A stretch of DNA of 64,000 nt from Gammaproteobacteria bacterium (GCA_965277715.1 OZ255836.1:4000001-4064000), one strand, 5' to 3'. Shown: positions 40,457 to 51,207, numbered from the stretch's first letter. Made by a program: numbers and translations. Notes: generated by a model from the letters alone, not told the origin.

Positions 40457-42474
40457 ATAAGCCCGTCAATTACCTTTCACATATCTGGATTCCGATGCCA
40501 GATGGGGCGCGTTTGGGCGCCCGCGTTTGGCGCCCGGAAAATGCAGATATGCACCCGGTTCCCGCCATTCTTGAATACATTCCCTATCGAAAAGATGACT
40601 ACACCGTTGTGCGTGATGCAACCACACACCCCTATCTGGCTACCCACGGTTACGCGTGTGTGCGTGTGGACATGCGCGGTGCAGGCAGTTCAGACGGTGT
40701 ATTAATGGACGAGTATTCCGAGCAGGAAATGCAGGATGGTGAAGACGTGATTAAATGGATCGCACAACAAAACTGGTGCGATGGCAATATCGGGATGATC
40801 GGTATTTCCTGGGGAGGGATTACTGGGTTACAAATGTCCAGCCGCAATGCTGACCACTTGAAAGCGGTTGTTGCATTGGGCGCCACTGAATTTCGCTACT
40901 ACGATGATGCCGGGTATTACCTCGGTTGTATGGTTGGGCAGACTATCGGCTGGGCCGCCATAATGTTTGGCTACAACACCCGCCCACCAGACCCACTACT
41001 GTACGGCGACAAATGGCGCGACTTGTGGATGGCGCGGCTTGATACCGCGCCGATGTACCTCGGGCTGTGGCTTGAACATCAGCGCGAAGATGACTACTGG
41101 CTGCGCGGCACCGTCGGCAGTGATTATTCGGCTATCAGGATTCCGGTTTACGCGGTGAGTGGCCATGTCGATTGCTGGCCGAATACCGTGTCCCGCCTGC
41201 TGGAGAATCTGTCCTGCCCGCGTAAAGGTTTACAGGGTGCGTGGTCGCACCGCTACCCACAAATGGCTATTCCCGGCCCTGGTATTGGGTTTATGCAGGA
41301 AGTTGTGCGCTGGTTTGATCATTGGCTGAAAGGCAGGGAAAACGGCGTTGACGCTGAACCGATGTACCGCGTGTATATGCAAGGCAGCGTGCGCCCGCAA
41401 CGCTACTACGAAAATCGCCCTGGCCGCTGGATTAGCGAAGCCACCTGGCCGTCTGATCAAGTCGCCAACCGGATCTTTTATTTTGGTGACAACACATTAC
41501 TCAACCAACACACAGCGGGGCGGCACACAGCGGCAGGCGTGCAACCGATTTGCTCGCCGCAAACGGTTGGCTTGGCGGGGGGTGAGTATATGCCCTGGTT
41601 TGCGTTTGGTCCGGGCGATGAGTTGGCGGGTGATCAGCAAATCGAAGATGCCGGGTCACAGGTATTTGATACCGGGCCACTTAATGAAATGCTCTCGATA
41701 CTCGGTAACCCCAAAGTCGTCGTCGATATTTCCAGCGATCAACCACAGGCGTTACTGGCCGCCCGTATTTGTGATGTCTGGCCGGATGGTGCAAGTACAT
41801 TGATCACCCGTGGTGTGCTTAATTTAAGCCAGCGCGACAGTAAACAAACACCGGATGTACTGGTGCCGGGGCAGCGGTATCGTGTTGAAATATCGTTGAA
41901 TCACATCGCCTATGAAGTGCCACCAGGGCATCGGTTGCGGGTCGCTTTGTCTACCAGTTACTGGCCCATCGCGTGGCCAGCGCCGCGTGCGGCAACGGTA
42001 TCGATTTATGCCGCATCCAGTCAATTGCAGCTGCCGCTGCGTAGCCCAAACGCTATCGATGCACCCGCTCCCGATTTTGCGGGGCCCGAAGTAATGCACA
42101 GCGATGCGGTCGAGTACCTGCGCGCCCACAGGGAGAACCGCCATTGGCGAACTGACCGGGAAAGTGGTGAATCGGTGCTCGAAATTAAAACAGACAATGG
42201 CCGTCAACGGTATCGGGAGACAGGGCTAGAATTGGACTCAAACAGCTTACAGCGCTACAGCATTTGCCCTGATGATCCATTGTCTGCGACAGCGCACTAC
42301 CAATGGCGCTGGTCGTATCAACGGGCTGATTGGCATGTCACAACACAATCGACAATCACGATGAGCTGCTCAGAGACAACATTTAATGTGATTGCGGAGA
42401 TCATCGCATGGGAGGATGGCGAAGCGGTTTTTCGTAAAAGCTGGGATAAAAAATACCCCAGAGATCATTTTTAG
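40453..42474 (+). CDS. CocE/NonD family (S15) hydrolase
   Basis: LEYIPYRK, DMRGAGSSDG, GISWGG, GAWSH. Confidence 0.9.
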   Translation: MNKPVNYLSHIWIPMPDGARLGARVWRPENADMHPVPAILEYIPYRKDDYTVVRDATTHPYLATHGYACVRVDMRGAGSSDGVLMDEYSEQEMQDGEDVIKWIAQQNWCDGNIGMIGISWGGITGLQMSSRNADHLKAVVALGATEFRYYDDAGYYLGCMVGQTIGWAAIMFGYNTRPPDPLLYGDKWRDLWMARLDTAPMYLGLWLEHQREDDYWLRGTVGSDYSAIRIPVYAVSGHVDCWPNTVSRLLENLSCPRKGLQGAWSHRYPQMAIPGPGIGFMQEVVRWFDHWLKGRENGVDAEPMYRVYMQGSVRPQRYYENRPGRWISEATWPSDQVANRIFYFGDNTLLNQHTAGRHTAAGVQPICSPQTVGLAGGEYMPWFAFGPGDELAGDQQIEDAGSQVFDTGPLNEMLSILGNPKVVVDISSDQPQALLAARICDVWPDGASTLITRGVLNLSQRDSKQTPDVLVPGQRYRVEISLNHIAYEVPPGHRLRVALSTSYWPIAWPAPRAATVSIYAASSQLQLPLRSPNAIDAPAPDFAGPEVMHSDAVEYLRAHRENRHWRTDRESGESVLEIKTDNGRQRYRETGLELDSNSLQRYSICPDDPLSATAHYQWRWSYQRADWHVTTQSTITMSCSETTFNVIAEIIAWEDGEAVFRKSWDKKYPRDHF

Positions 42475-42592
42475 ATGTGCATTGGTCTGTGGGCTTTAAC
42501 GTTGTTGTCGCCCGATAATTGGGTTAGTCTGAACCAAGTCGATTTTTCGATCAGCCATGAAATAAACAATAGTGAAATGAGGGGGATTACAA

Positions 42593-44182
42593 ATGAAAAA
42601 GAAACAAGCCAATAGCCTACTGCCAGAAATGAACCGGCGCCGTTTTTTGCAAACGTCCGGTGCATTGGGTGTCGCCGCTGCAACCGGCGGCATGAGCCAG
42701 ATTGTATTTGCCGATGGCAAGAAAATTCTGAAGGTGCGCGCCTACAGCGATTTGCGCAGTCTCGACCCCGCCTTTTCCCAGGGAGTGGTCGATGAAGAGA
42801 TTCAAAGCTGCATCTACAGCAAACTCATTCAATACAAACCAGGTCGCGAATGGGGTTATCAGCTCGATGCCGCAGAGTCCATCGAACAGGCCAGCCCAAC
42901 CAGTATCAAATTTAAATTAAAGAAGGGCATCATGTTTACGGGTGGATACGGTGAGATGACGGCGGAGGATGTGAAGTACTCCTACGAACGCATTGTCGCC
43001 GATGCAACCGAATCGACAAATAAGCCCGACTGGGGAACACTCAAAGAAGTCACCGTCGACAGTAAATACGAGGGCACCATTGTTTTTGCCGACCCCTACC
43101 CACCCGCGTGGAATATCGCACTGCCCTACATCGTCGGCAATATCATTAGCAAAAAAGCCTGGGAAAAGTCCGGCGGTAAAGTCGCTACAACCACGCCATC
43201 GACATCGGGGCCGTATCTGCACAAAGCGTGGGAGCCGAAGCAACGCACAGTGCTGGCGCGCAATCCTGACTGGCATGGCGGCAGTGCGGCGTTTGATGAA
43301 ATTCATATCCTGCCGATCGATGATGAAAATACGGCGCAAATCGCCTACGAAGCGGGTGATATTGATTACACGCGTGTATCGCTGGGTTCCGTTGGCAACC
43401 TGAAAAAATCACCGCCCGCCAACTCCACCTTAGAGGAATTCCCCTCGTTGTTTTATGTGTGGGTTGGCATGAATGTGGAAAATGAATTGTTGTCGAATAA
43501 AAATTTGCGCAAAGCGATTCAGTACGCTATCGATGTGCCATCGATTATGCAGGCCTCGTATTTCGGTGCGGCTAAACCGTCAACCGGCATTATCGCACCA
43601 GGGCTGATCGGGCATCGCGAAAAAAGCCTGGTCGACCCGGCAATGAATATTGCCAAAGCAAAAGAATACCTTGCCGCCGCCGGTATGGAGGACGGTGTAA
43701 CCGTGACGCTGGATGTATTGAATAAAGCGGCCAACGTGACCACAGCGCAAGTCATTCAGGCAACCTGTGCGCAAATTGGTATCAATGTTGAGGTGAATCT
43801 GCATGAGTCGGGTGCGTTCTGGTCATTGGGTGACGCCAGCGCGGGTGAACGTTACAAAGATATCCAACTGATTCTCAATCGCTATTCGATGGCCCCCGAT
43901 CCGTCCTACGCAACCGCGTGGTTTATCACAGGGCAAAAAGGTATTTGGAACTGGGAGCGCTATAGCGATGCGGAGTTTGATAGGCTGGAGGCGGCTGCCA
44001 AAGCGGAAACCGACAACGGCAAACGCGCAAAAATGTATCAGCAGATGCAGGATTTGATGGAGGAGAGTGGTGCCTATCGCTTCCTCACCCACGAGGCGAC
44101 GCCAGTGATTTATAACAACAGTATCAAGCCGGCATTCCGCCCCGATGGATTGCCGCTGTTCCGTTATTTCGCCAGCGCTTAA
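42593..44182 (+). CDS. Peptide/nickel ABC transporter substrate-binding protein (Tat signal)
   Basis: NRRRFLQ twin-arginine signal; SLDPA, TAEDVKYS, LRKAIQYAID. Confidence 0.9.
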   Translation: MKKKQANSLLPEMNRRRFLQTSGALGVAAATGGMSQIVFADGKKILKVRAYSDLRSLDPAFSQGVVDEEIQSCIYSKLIQYKPGREWGYQLDAAESIEQASPTSIKFKLKKGIMFTGGYGEMTAEDVKYSYERIVADATESTNKPDWGTLKEVTVDSKYEGTIVFADPYPPAWNIALPYIVGNIISKKAWEKSGGKVATTTPSTSGPYLHKAWEPKQRTVLARNPDWHGGSAAFDEIHILPIDDENTAQIAYEAGDIDYTRVSLGSVGNLKKSPPANSTLEEFPSLFYVWVGMNVENELLSNKNLRKAIQYAIDVPSIMQASYFGAAKPSTGIIAPGLIGHREKSLVDPAMNIAKAKEYLAAAGMEDGVTVTLDVLNKAANVTTAQVIQATCAQIGINVEVNLHESGAFWSLGDASAGERYKDIQLILNRYSMAPDPSYATAWFITGQKGIWNWERYSDAEFDRLEAAAKAETDNGKRAKMYQQMQDLMEESGAYRFLTHEATPVIYNNSIKPAFRPDGLPLFRYFASA

Positions 44183-44270
44183 GTAGTCGGTGAGTCGGTG
44201 CAATATTCTGAGTTGAGGGGTGCGGCAATCAGCCGCCCCCTACGTTAACAATAGTTAACGATTTTCTGTT

Positions 44271-45215
44271 GTGTTGATCTATTTAATTAAACGCATTGGC
44301 CTCGGCCTGCTGATTGTCATGCTGGCGGTCACGCTGCTGTTTTGCATGATTCATTTAGTGCCGGGAGACCCTGCGCGGATTATTCTCGGCCCGCGTGCCA
44401 CGCCGGAGTTAATCGCCAGCATGTCGGCACAGATGGGTCTGGACAAACCGTTGCCCGTGCAAATTTTGCTGTTCTTCGGTAATTTATTTACCGGTGATAT
44501 GGGCATGGATGTGATTACTAATCGCCCCGTCGCCGAGATTGTTTTTGGGCAGTTGCCTTATACGCTATGGTTAATTTTTACGGCGATAATAGGGGCCGCT
44601 GCCATTGGTATTCCACTGGGTTGTTATTCAGCCGTTAATCGCAATTCGCTCGGTGATCGCATCACAGGCGTTTTATCCGTTGCCTGTATTACCGCACCCG
44701 CATTTGTTGTCGCGTTGTATTCGCTATTAATATTTTCGGTAACGCTACGTTGGTTTCCCGCCGTTGGCGCCGGTGATAAAGGTGATATTTTCGATCAGGC
44801 AATGCACCTTGTTTTGCCCGCCTTCGCGATTGGCTTGTCGTGGGTGGGTTACCTGTCCCGATTGGTGCGCGCATCAATGCTAGAAGTGATGGGTGAAAAT
44901 CATATACGCACGGCGCGTGCTTACGGATTACCCGAGCGCGTCGTTGTTTTTCGCTACGCGCTAAAGCTCGCCGTGTTACCCACCGTGACAGTGATAGGGG
45001 TTGGCATGGGGTTTTTATTATCGGCGGCACTCTTTACTGAAATTGTCTTCGCACGGCCAGGCATTGGCAAACTGATTTACGATTCGATTGCCACGCGCAA
45101 CTACCCGGTGGTAATGGGGTCAGTGCTAATCAGTACGATTTTATTTGTTATCAGTACAACGCTTTCTGATTTAATCAATGCGTGGCTGGATCCACGTATT
45201 CGGGCCTCCCTGTAA
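44271..45215 (+). CDS. Peptide ABC transporter permease (DppB-like)
   Basis: PGDPA, RTARAYGL, EIVFARPGIG, DPRIR. Confidence 0.92.
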   Translation: MLIYLIKRIGLGLLIVMLAVTLLFCMIHLVPGDPARIILGPRATPELIASMSAQMGLDKPLPVQILLFFGNLFTGDMGMDVITNRPVAEIVFGQLPYTLWLIFTAIIGAAAIGIPLGCYSAVNRNSLGDRITGVLSVACITAPAFVVALYSLLIFSVTLRWFPAVGAGDKGDIFDQAMHLVLPAFAIGLSWVGYLSRLVRASMLEVMGENHIRTARAYGLPERVVVFRYALKLAVLPTVTVIGVGMGFLLSAALFTEIVFARPGIGKLIYDSIATRNYPVVMGSVLISTILFVISTTLSDLINAWLDPRIRASL

Positions 45216-46048
45216 TGCCGATAATTAAACGCATTTGCAGTGAACCACTTGGCCTTATTGGTTTAATCCTGGTTGTACTGATAGTGGTTAGCGCAGTATT
45301 TGCCGGGTTGTTGGCGCCGTACGACCCGATTGCCCTGAACATTACTGACCGCTTGCAGGCCCCTTCACTCAACCATCTGCTGGGCACCGATCAACTGGGC
45401 CGCGACCTGTTTTCACGCGTGCTCTTTGGTGGGCAAATCGCTTTAAAAGTGGCGCTGATCTCCATCAGTATCGCGCTGAGTATTGGTGTGTTGTTGGGCA
45501 TGATCGCCGGGTTTGGCCCGCGTTGGCTGGATAACATTATCGTTTTATTCTTCGATACGATTCGCTCGTTTCCCACGGTTATGTTCGCATTGGCGACGGT
45601 GGCATTAGTCGGCCCCTCTTTAAGCACAGTTGTCGTGGTTATTATCGTTACCTCGATACCGACTTACGGGCGCGTGGTGCGCACGCAAACATTGGCGATT
45701 AAAGCCAATGAGTTTATTCAGGCTGAGCACGCAATGGGGGCATCGGTTGGTCGTATACTGGGTGTGCACCTGTTACCCAATGTTGTCGGGCCACTGTTCA
45801 TTCTTGCGTCGATGGATATTCCCACCGTTATTGCATTAGAGGCGGGCCTGAGTTTTCTCGGCATGGGGGTTAAACCGCCATCGCCGTCATGGGGCAGTAT
45901 TCTCAACGATGGTTACACACTGATTCGCAATACCCCATGGCCTATTATCGCTGGCAGTATTCCTTTGGTTTTGGTGACACTTGGGTTTACCTTTCTCGGT
46001 GAATCGCTACGCGATTTAATCGACCCGAAATTGCGCAAAAACCTATGA
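45215..46048 (+). CDS. Peptide ABC transporter permease (DppC-like)
   Basis: LGTDQLGRD, EAGLSFLG, PSWG; ATG at 45215. Confidence 0.92.
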   Translation: MPIIKRICSEPLGLIGLILVVLIVVSAVFAGLLAPYDPIALNITDRLQAPSLNHLLGTDQLGRDLFSRVLFGGQIALKVALISISIALSIGVLLGMIAGFGPRWLDNIIVLFFDTIRSFPTVMFALATVALVGPSLSTVVVVIIVTSIPTYGRVVRTQTLAIKANEFIQAEHAMGASVGRILGVHLLPNVVGPLFILASMDIPTVIALEAGLSFLGMGVKPPSPSWGSILNDGYTLIRNTPWPIIAGSIPLVLVTLGFTFLGESLRDLIDPKLRKNL

Positions 46049-47016
46049 GCGACAACGTACTTAGCATCCGCGATTTGTCGGTCAACTATCATACTGACCG
46101 TGGTGTTTTACGTGCGATGCGCAATATCAACATCGATATCCCCAGAGGGGCTATCGTTGGCATCGTGGGTGAAAGCGGTTGTGGCAAATCGACGTTGATT
46201 TCCACCATTATCCGATTACTGGCCAACAATGCCGAGATACCCAGTGGTGAGGTCGTGTTTGAAAACCGGGACTTGCTAACACTATCGGAAGATGAAATGC
46301 GGGCCTTACGCGGCGATCGGATGTCGATCGTCTTCCAGGACCCGATGTCGACGCTGAACCCAGTGTTGTCTATCGGTCGGCAAATGACAGATATACAGTA
46401 CCGCGATAAGAAAACCATGGCAGAAAAGACGCAGCGCGCTATTGCGATGTTAGCGCGTGTTGGCATTCCCGACCCAGCCAGTCGCCTAAAACAGTTTCCA
46501 CACGAATTTTCTGGTGGCATGAAGCAACGTATTGCCATTGCCATGGCGTTGCAAGCAGAACCGTCGTTGCTTATCGCCGATGAACCAACCACTGCACTGG
46601 ATGCAACGCTGGAAGTACAGATTATTCACCTACTCAAACAACTGCAAACGAACATGGGGTGTTCGATTTTGTTTATCTCACATCATCTCGGTGTCATTGC
46701 AGAATTGTGTAACTACGTAGTAGTGATGTATGCCGGTGAAGTGGTTGAGCAGGGCACGGTCAGTGATGTGTTCAAACGACCACAGCATCCGTACACAGAG
46801 AAACTGCTTGAATGCGACCCCGCCAATATCGCACAAAAGACACGCGCATTGCCGACAATTTCCGGTAGTGTGCCCGATTTGGTGGATTTGCCAGGTGGCT
46901 GTATTTTCAAGGATCGCTGCCACGCAAAAATTAACACCTGCGATACCGTTCGACCTGATTGGCTCGAAGCCGATGATAGGCATTTTGTCCGCTGCCATCT
47001 GCGGGTGCCACAGTGA
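46045..47016 (+). CDS. Peptide ABC transporter ATP-binding protein (DppD-like)
   Basis: GESGCGKS, FSGGMKQR, ADEPTTALD, HPYT. Confidence 0.93.
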   Translation: MSDNVLSIRDLSVNYHTDRGVLRAMRNINIDIPRGAIVGIVGESGCGKSTLISTIIRLLANNAEIPSGEVVFENRDLLTLSEDEMRALRGDRMSIVFQDPMSTLNPVLSIGRQMTDIQYRDKKTMAEKTQRAIAMLARVGIPDPASRLKQFPHEFSGGMKQRIAIAMALQAEPSLLIADEPTTALDATLEVQIIHLLKQLQTNMGCSILFISHHLGVIAELCNYVVVMYAGEVVEQGTVSDVFKRPQHPYTEKLLECDPANIAQKTRALPTISGSVPDLVDLPGGCIFKDRCHAKINTCDTVRPDWLEADDRHFVRCHLRVPQ

Positions 47017-47993
47017 GTGTGCTCGACGTAAACGATCTGCGTGTGCGCTTTCGCGTGCAGTCGCCGCTACAGGCAATATTGAACAAAAACCCTGATCCAT
47101 TTATCGATGCCGTGCGTAATGTTTCTTTTTCTATTGAGGAGGGAAAAACATTTACATTGGTGGGGGAGAGCGGCTCGGGTAAATCGACGCTGGCATTGGC
47201 CGTGGCCCGGCTGTTACCGAGCACTGAAGGTTCTATTCGATTCAATGGCGAGGAAGTCACCCGCATGTCAACGGCTGAGGTAATGGAGTACCGCAAACAA
47301 ATTTCAATGATGTGGCAAAACCCCGTCGGCTCGCTCAGCCCACGATTGACCGTTGGTGCATTGATTACTGAGCCGTATAAAATCCACGGGCTAAAAGACA
47401 AAGACCGCGATGCCGAATGCAATCGACTACTCGAAATGGTTGGTTTGCCAACACATTTTAGGGCGCGTTATCCGCACCAATTAAGCGGTGGCCAGGCGCG
47501 CCGGGTTGGCGTAGCCCGTGCTTTGGCCTTAAGCCCCAAATTAATTATCGCCGATGAACCCACAGCGGGCCTGGATGTTTCCGTCCAGGGCGAAATTCTA
47601 AATTTACTCAATCGCCTACAGGACACACTCGGTGTCAGCATGTTTGTGATCACACATAACCTGAATATCGTCCGCCATATTTCTGATGATACGGCAATCA
47701 TGTATCTTGGCCGGTTTTTGGAAGTAGGGCCAACCGATACTATTTTTTCCGCGCCGAAACACCCTTATACCGCTGCGTTGTTAGCGGCGAACCCGAAACC
47801 TGATCCAGACGCAGAAATGGAGCATGTCGAATTACAAGGAGAAGTACCTGGTTTGATCAATAGGCCAAAGGGTTGCGAATTTCATACCCGTTGTCCGTTT
47901 GTGAAGGATGATTGTTATCGGCAATTGCCCGAGCTGAGTGGCGGTGAGCATCTTTTTCGTTGTCACTATCCACTGGATAACGGATTCAACTGA
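47013..47993 (+). CDS. Peptide ABC transporter ATP-binding protein (DppF-like)
   Basis: GESGSGKS, LSGGQARR, ADEPTAGLD, GCEFHTRCP. Confidence 0.93.
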   Translation: MSVLDVNDLRVRFRVQSPLQAILNKNPDPFIDAVRNVSFSIEEGKTFTLVGESGSGKSTLALAVARLLPSTEGSIRFNGEEVTRMSTAEVMEYRKQISMMWQNPVGSLSPRLTVGALITEPYKIHGLKDKDRDAECNRLLEMVGLPTHFRARYPHQLSGGQARRVGVARALALSPKLIIADEPTAGLDVSVQGEILNLLNRLQDTLGVSMFVITHNLNIVRHISDDTAIMYLGRFLEVGPTDTIFSAPKHPYTAALLAANPKPDPDAEMEHVELQGEVPGLINRPKGCEFHTRCPFVKDDCYRQLPELSGGEHLFRCHYPLDNGFN

Positions 47994-48009
47994 TTGTTAC
48001 TATGAAAGT

Positions 48010-48132
48010 CATTCCACCAAGCGCGACCTAAAAGAGCTTGAGCTACGCTTGACGCATGATCTCACTTTACGTTCAGGTGGAGTGATGGTGATAGCTATTG
48101 GCGTTGTCGCAACGCTGGTTAAGCTGTTGTAA
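48010..48132 (+). pseudogene. C-terminal remnant of a DUF1640/CCDC90-like protein
   Basis: TKRDLKELELRL..LTLR.GG...VATLVKLL tail with no N-terminus. Confidence 0.5.
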
Positions 48133-48145
48133 TCAAACTCTTAAA

Positions 48146-48209
48146 CCTAAAACCCTCAGTTGAATCTACTGCGGACACCTAAGATACAGAATTTAAAGCG
48201 CTTTAACCC
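48146..48209. mobile_element. MITE copy 5 (single end)
   Basis: CCTAAAACCCTCAGTTGAATCTACTGCGGACACCTAAGA matches the reverse complement of the right end of copy 1; preceded by TTAAA. Confidence 0.75.
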
Positions 48210-48400
48210 CCTAGGCCCCATGTATTAACTTGCACACAAATCAATACGTGAGGTGAGGTTGACACACAGGGGTTCCCGCAGCTTACTCACCTAATTTTAT
48301 AAAAACCTGATAACAGCCACCGGCTTAAAATTTTACTGCCTGATATATTTGTTTTGTAACCGTTAAGCCAATTGATCTGGGTCTTTATATGAGTCTCAGT

Positions 48401-49111
48401 TTATCGCTTAGCAACTAACATTTCCCGCTTACCCGGTGGCCCAGGTAATCGTGTAACACAAAATCCACACTGTAGCATCGCACGCCGTACAGCCCCTTTG
48501 GCGCAATAGGTGACCACTGCACCGCCATCGTTAAGGTGTGAATACAATAAATTAATTAATTCAACCGACCACAGTTCAGCATTTTTCCCAGGGCTGAAAG
48601 CGTCGAGGAACACCAGATCAAAATGTGGTGTGTTATCTGTCAATAATAAATCGATTTTTCTGTGTAGTTGCAGGTAGGTGTTGTTGTACGCAAAAACAGG
48701 CAGTAATTCGTCTGTTATGCGATAGCAGTTATCGAGGTGGGCCAGTAGTTTTTGGGTGTGTGTAGCCCGGTTTAGTAAGGCGCCATAGTCGAGTTGTGCC
48801 AATAATGACCGGGGTAAAATGCTTTGCTCAAGTGCCGTGTAGTGTAAGTAAGCGCCCGTTTCTTCGGCCAATTGCGTGGCCAACAAATAATTTAATCCCG
48901 TGCCAAAGCCAATCTCAAGCAGTCGCAGTTTTTGTGTAGTGCGTAGTCGTAAAGCGAGTTCGCTGGCTTGAATAAATACATGCCGGGATTCATTCAATGC
49001 GCCGTGTATAGAGTGGTAGGTTTGTTGGTAGTGCGGGCAGAATAAGGTTTTTGAACCATCGGCTGTTTCAACGATATGGGGATGCCGTGTGGTGGCTGGC
49101 TCTGCACTCAT
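48401..49111 (-). CDS. mnmD: tRNA mnm5s2U34 methyltransferase (stand-alone MnmC methyltransferase domain)
   Basis: YHS.HGA..ES.HVFI, LEIGFGTGLN, LDAFSP..N.ELW, PGKREM. Confidence 0.88.
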   Translation of the reverse strand: MSAEPATTRHPHIVETADGSKTLFCPHYQQTYHSIHGALNESRHVFIQASELALRLRTTQKLRLLEIGFGTGLNYLLATQLAEETGAYLHYTALEQSILPRSLLAQLDYGALLNRATHTQKLLAHLDNCYRITDELLPVFAYNNTYLQLHRKIDLLLTDNTPHFDLVFLDAFSPGKNAELWSVELINLLYSHLNDGGAVVTYCAKGAVRRAMLQCGFCVTRLPGPPGKREMLVAKR

Positions 49112-49132
49112 CCGCCTGAGCCGGACAAACCG

Positions 49133-50179
49133 CTAACTAACATCAGGGTGGTGTTCATCCTCCGGCCCCAGCAGAATGGCTATCCACTGGGTATCCGGGT
49201 GGCTCTCAAAGGCAATTTTTATGGTGATGGTCAGAGGCACTGATAACAACATACCGACTGGCCCCAAAATCCAACCCCAAAAAACCAACGATAAAAATAC
49301 CACCAGGGTCGACAAACCCAATCCACGGCCCATAAAGCGTGGTTCAATAATATTTCCCACGAGTACATTAACGAAAACAAATGTCGCTGTAGTGAGCAGT
49401 GCCGCTGACCCGCCAAGCTGTACCAGGGCCAATAAAACAGCCGGAACAGCCGCAATGATCGAACCGATGTTGGGGACGAAATTCAACAGGAAGGCGAGTG
49501 TCGCCCACAGCAGGGGGAAATCCACACCAATTAGCCACAGCAGGGTGCCTATCAAAAAGCCGGTCAGTAAGCTGGCACTTGCCTTGATGGCGATATAGCG
49601 TTTTACATTATCGGTAAACAGCCTAAAGCGTGAAAACGTGGCATCTGGGTTGGCGCTTATTTGGCGTAACTTCGAGGGAAAACTGGATGCCTCGAAAAGA
49701 ATAAAAACGACGGTTAGCAGTATCAGAAAGCTGTTAGCCAGGACATTGCCAAAACCGGACAGTGTATTGGCGACCAATTGCATTGCCATAGCCGGGTTAA
49801 AGTAGTCGAGTAGTTGCGTTGAGGCAATATCCAGCCCCTGGCTATGCAACCAGGTGAGCATATTGGCCGTTTCAGTTTGTAGCCGTACTTGATAACCGGG
49901 TAGAGCGCGTGAAAAACTATCCACCGATGAACCCAACAATGCAGCGATGATGATAGCTGCGACGACGACGCCGACAATAACCAGTAGCATGGCTATCGGC
50001 TTGGGCAGACCTTTGCCCGTAAGCCAGAACAGGGGTGGGGCGGCAATCACCGCAACAAATACCGACAATAGAAAAGGCACCAACATGGCCTTGGCTGCCT
50101 GCATACCCGCGATAACGATAATAAAAGCGGCGCTGATGAGCAGCACACGCAGAGCAAATGATGAGCGCAGGTTATCCAT
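49133..50179 (-). CDS. AI-2E family transporter
   Basis: Multi-TM; LNFVPNIG, GNIIEPR, WGWILGPVGMLLSVPLT. Confidence 0.9.
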   Translation of the reverse strand: MDNLRSSFALRVLLISAAFIIVIAGMQAAKAMLVPFLLSVFVAVIAAPPLFWLTGKGLPKPIAMLLVIVGVVVAAIIIAALLGSSVDSFSRALPGYQVRLQTETANMLTWLHSQGLDIASTQLLDYFNPAMAMQLVANTLSGFGNVLANSFLILLTVVFILFEASSFPSKLRQISANPDATFSRFRLFTDNVKRYIAIKASASLLTGFLIGTLLWLIGVDFPLLWATLAFLLNFVPNIGSIIAAVPAVLLALVQLGGSAALLTTATFVFVNVLVGNIIEPRFMGRGLGLSTLVVFLSLVFWGWILGPVGMLLSVPLTITIKIAFESHPDTQWIAILLGPEDEHHPDVS

Positions 50180-50201
50180 AATGATTCAACTGATTATTAG
50201 G

Positions 50202-51098
50202 TTAAAACGGTGGGCGGTAACTATTACATAGTTTCAGGTAGCGGTGGGTATTATCTGGCATGGGCACGCGTGCTTCGGCAATATGGCGCAGTAATTGTTT
50301 GCCTTTACACAGAACTTGCATACCCTCCTGGCAGCGGTATTTATCGAGCTGGCTGCAATTGGCTGGTATATGTGGTTCAAAGGACTGGAGTTGTTCGGCG
50401 GCGGCGACGAATGAGGGCCAGATTTTGAAAATACACGGGTCTGACTTCATTGTCTCGCATTCACGTTTTGCGGCGTTGGCAAAGGTTTCTATTTTTCCAT
50501 CGATATTGGCAAAAGCGGTACTGTTGGCAAACGTATTTTTCATGGCGGTTTTGATCAAATCAATGTCGCGCATGCTTTGTGCAATCTTGATATAGCGCGA
50601 TTGGTAAAAAGCCACAGGGGGGGTGCTGAATGCTTTAAATGGCTCTCCCCACAATTCGTCTATACCCTCTTCACCGCTGTAGTGTTTTACTTGTTTGCCG
50701 AGATCCAGCGCTTCACGAAAGCATTTGCTGCACTCTTTCATCAGCTCATTGGAACGGCTGACGACGACACTGCGCTCGCCCAGGTCTGCAATCGTGGTGA
50801 ATAAATCGGTGGCCCGGTTGAATAGTGCGCCCGCCAGCATCGCGGCGTTGACACGTTTGCGCTGTAAATTGGTTTCAGTCTGGTAACTGCGGCGGGCTTC
50901 TTCGAGCCGTTTGCCGGGGGTGTTGATGCCGGGTTCGGTGTGGTGGAATGCGCGGCGGGTGAGGTTGTCGATAAGGGCTTTACGGTTGGGCAGTGTATCG
51001 TCTGGCGGGGCGTAGTAGCGAATCCAGTAGCCATCGTAGAATATACACGGCGTGTTATCGATGTCACTGCGCGTGCCGTTTACGGGGGTATTTTTCAT
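50202..51098 (-). CDS. Hypothetical protein
   Basis: Long ORF with protein-like composition; ATG at 51098 avoids overlap with cmoB; no family recognised. Confidence 0.7.
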   Translation of the reverse strand: MKNTPVNGTRSDIDNTPCIFYDGYWIRYYAPPDDTLPNRKALIDNLTRRAFHHTEPGINTPGKRLEEARRSYQTETNLQRKRVNAAMLAGALFNRATDLFTTIADLGERSVVVSRSNELMKECSKCFREALDLGKQVKHYSGEEGIDELWGEPFKAFSTPPVAFYQSRYIKIAQSMRDIDLIKTAMKNTFANSTAFANIDGKIETFANAAKRECETMKSDPCIFKIWPSFVAAAEQLQSFEPHIPANCSQLDKYRCQEGMQVLCKGKQLLRHIAEARVPMPDNTHRYLKLCNSYRPPF

Positions 51099-51207
51099 TG
51101 CTTTATCAAGTGTAGCCAATGGTATCGTTATTTGCGGCGCATAATATAGGCGCAGTGGGAAATTAATACAATTAGTGCGCCAGCTTAACGACGCATTTAA
51201 GCAATAT

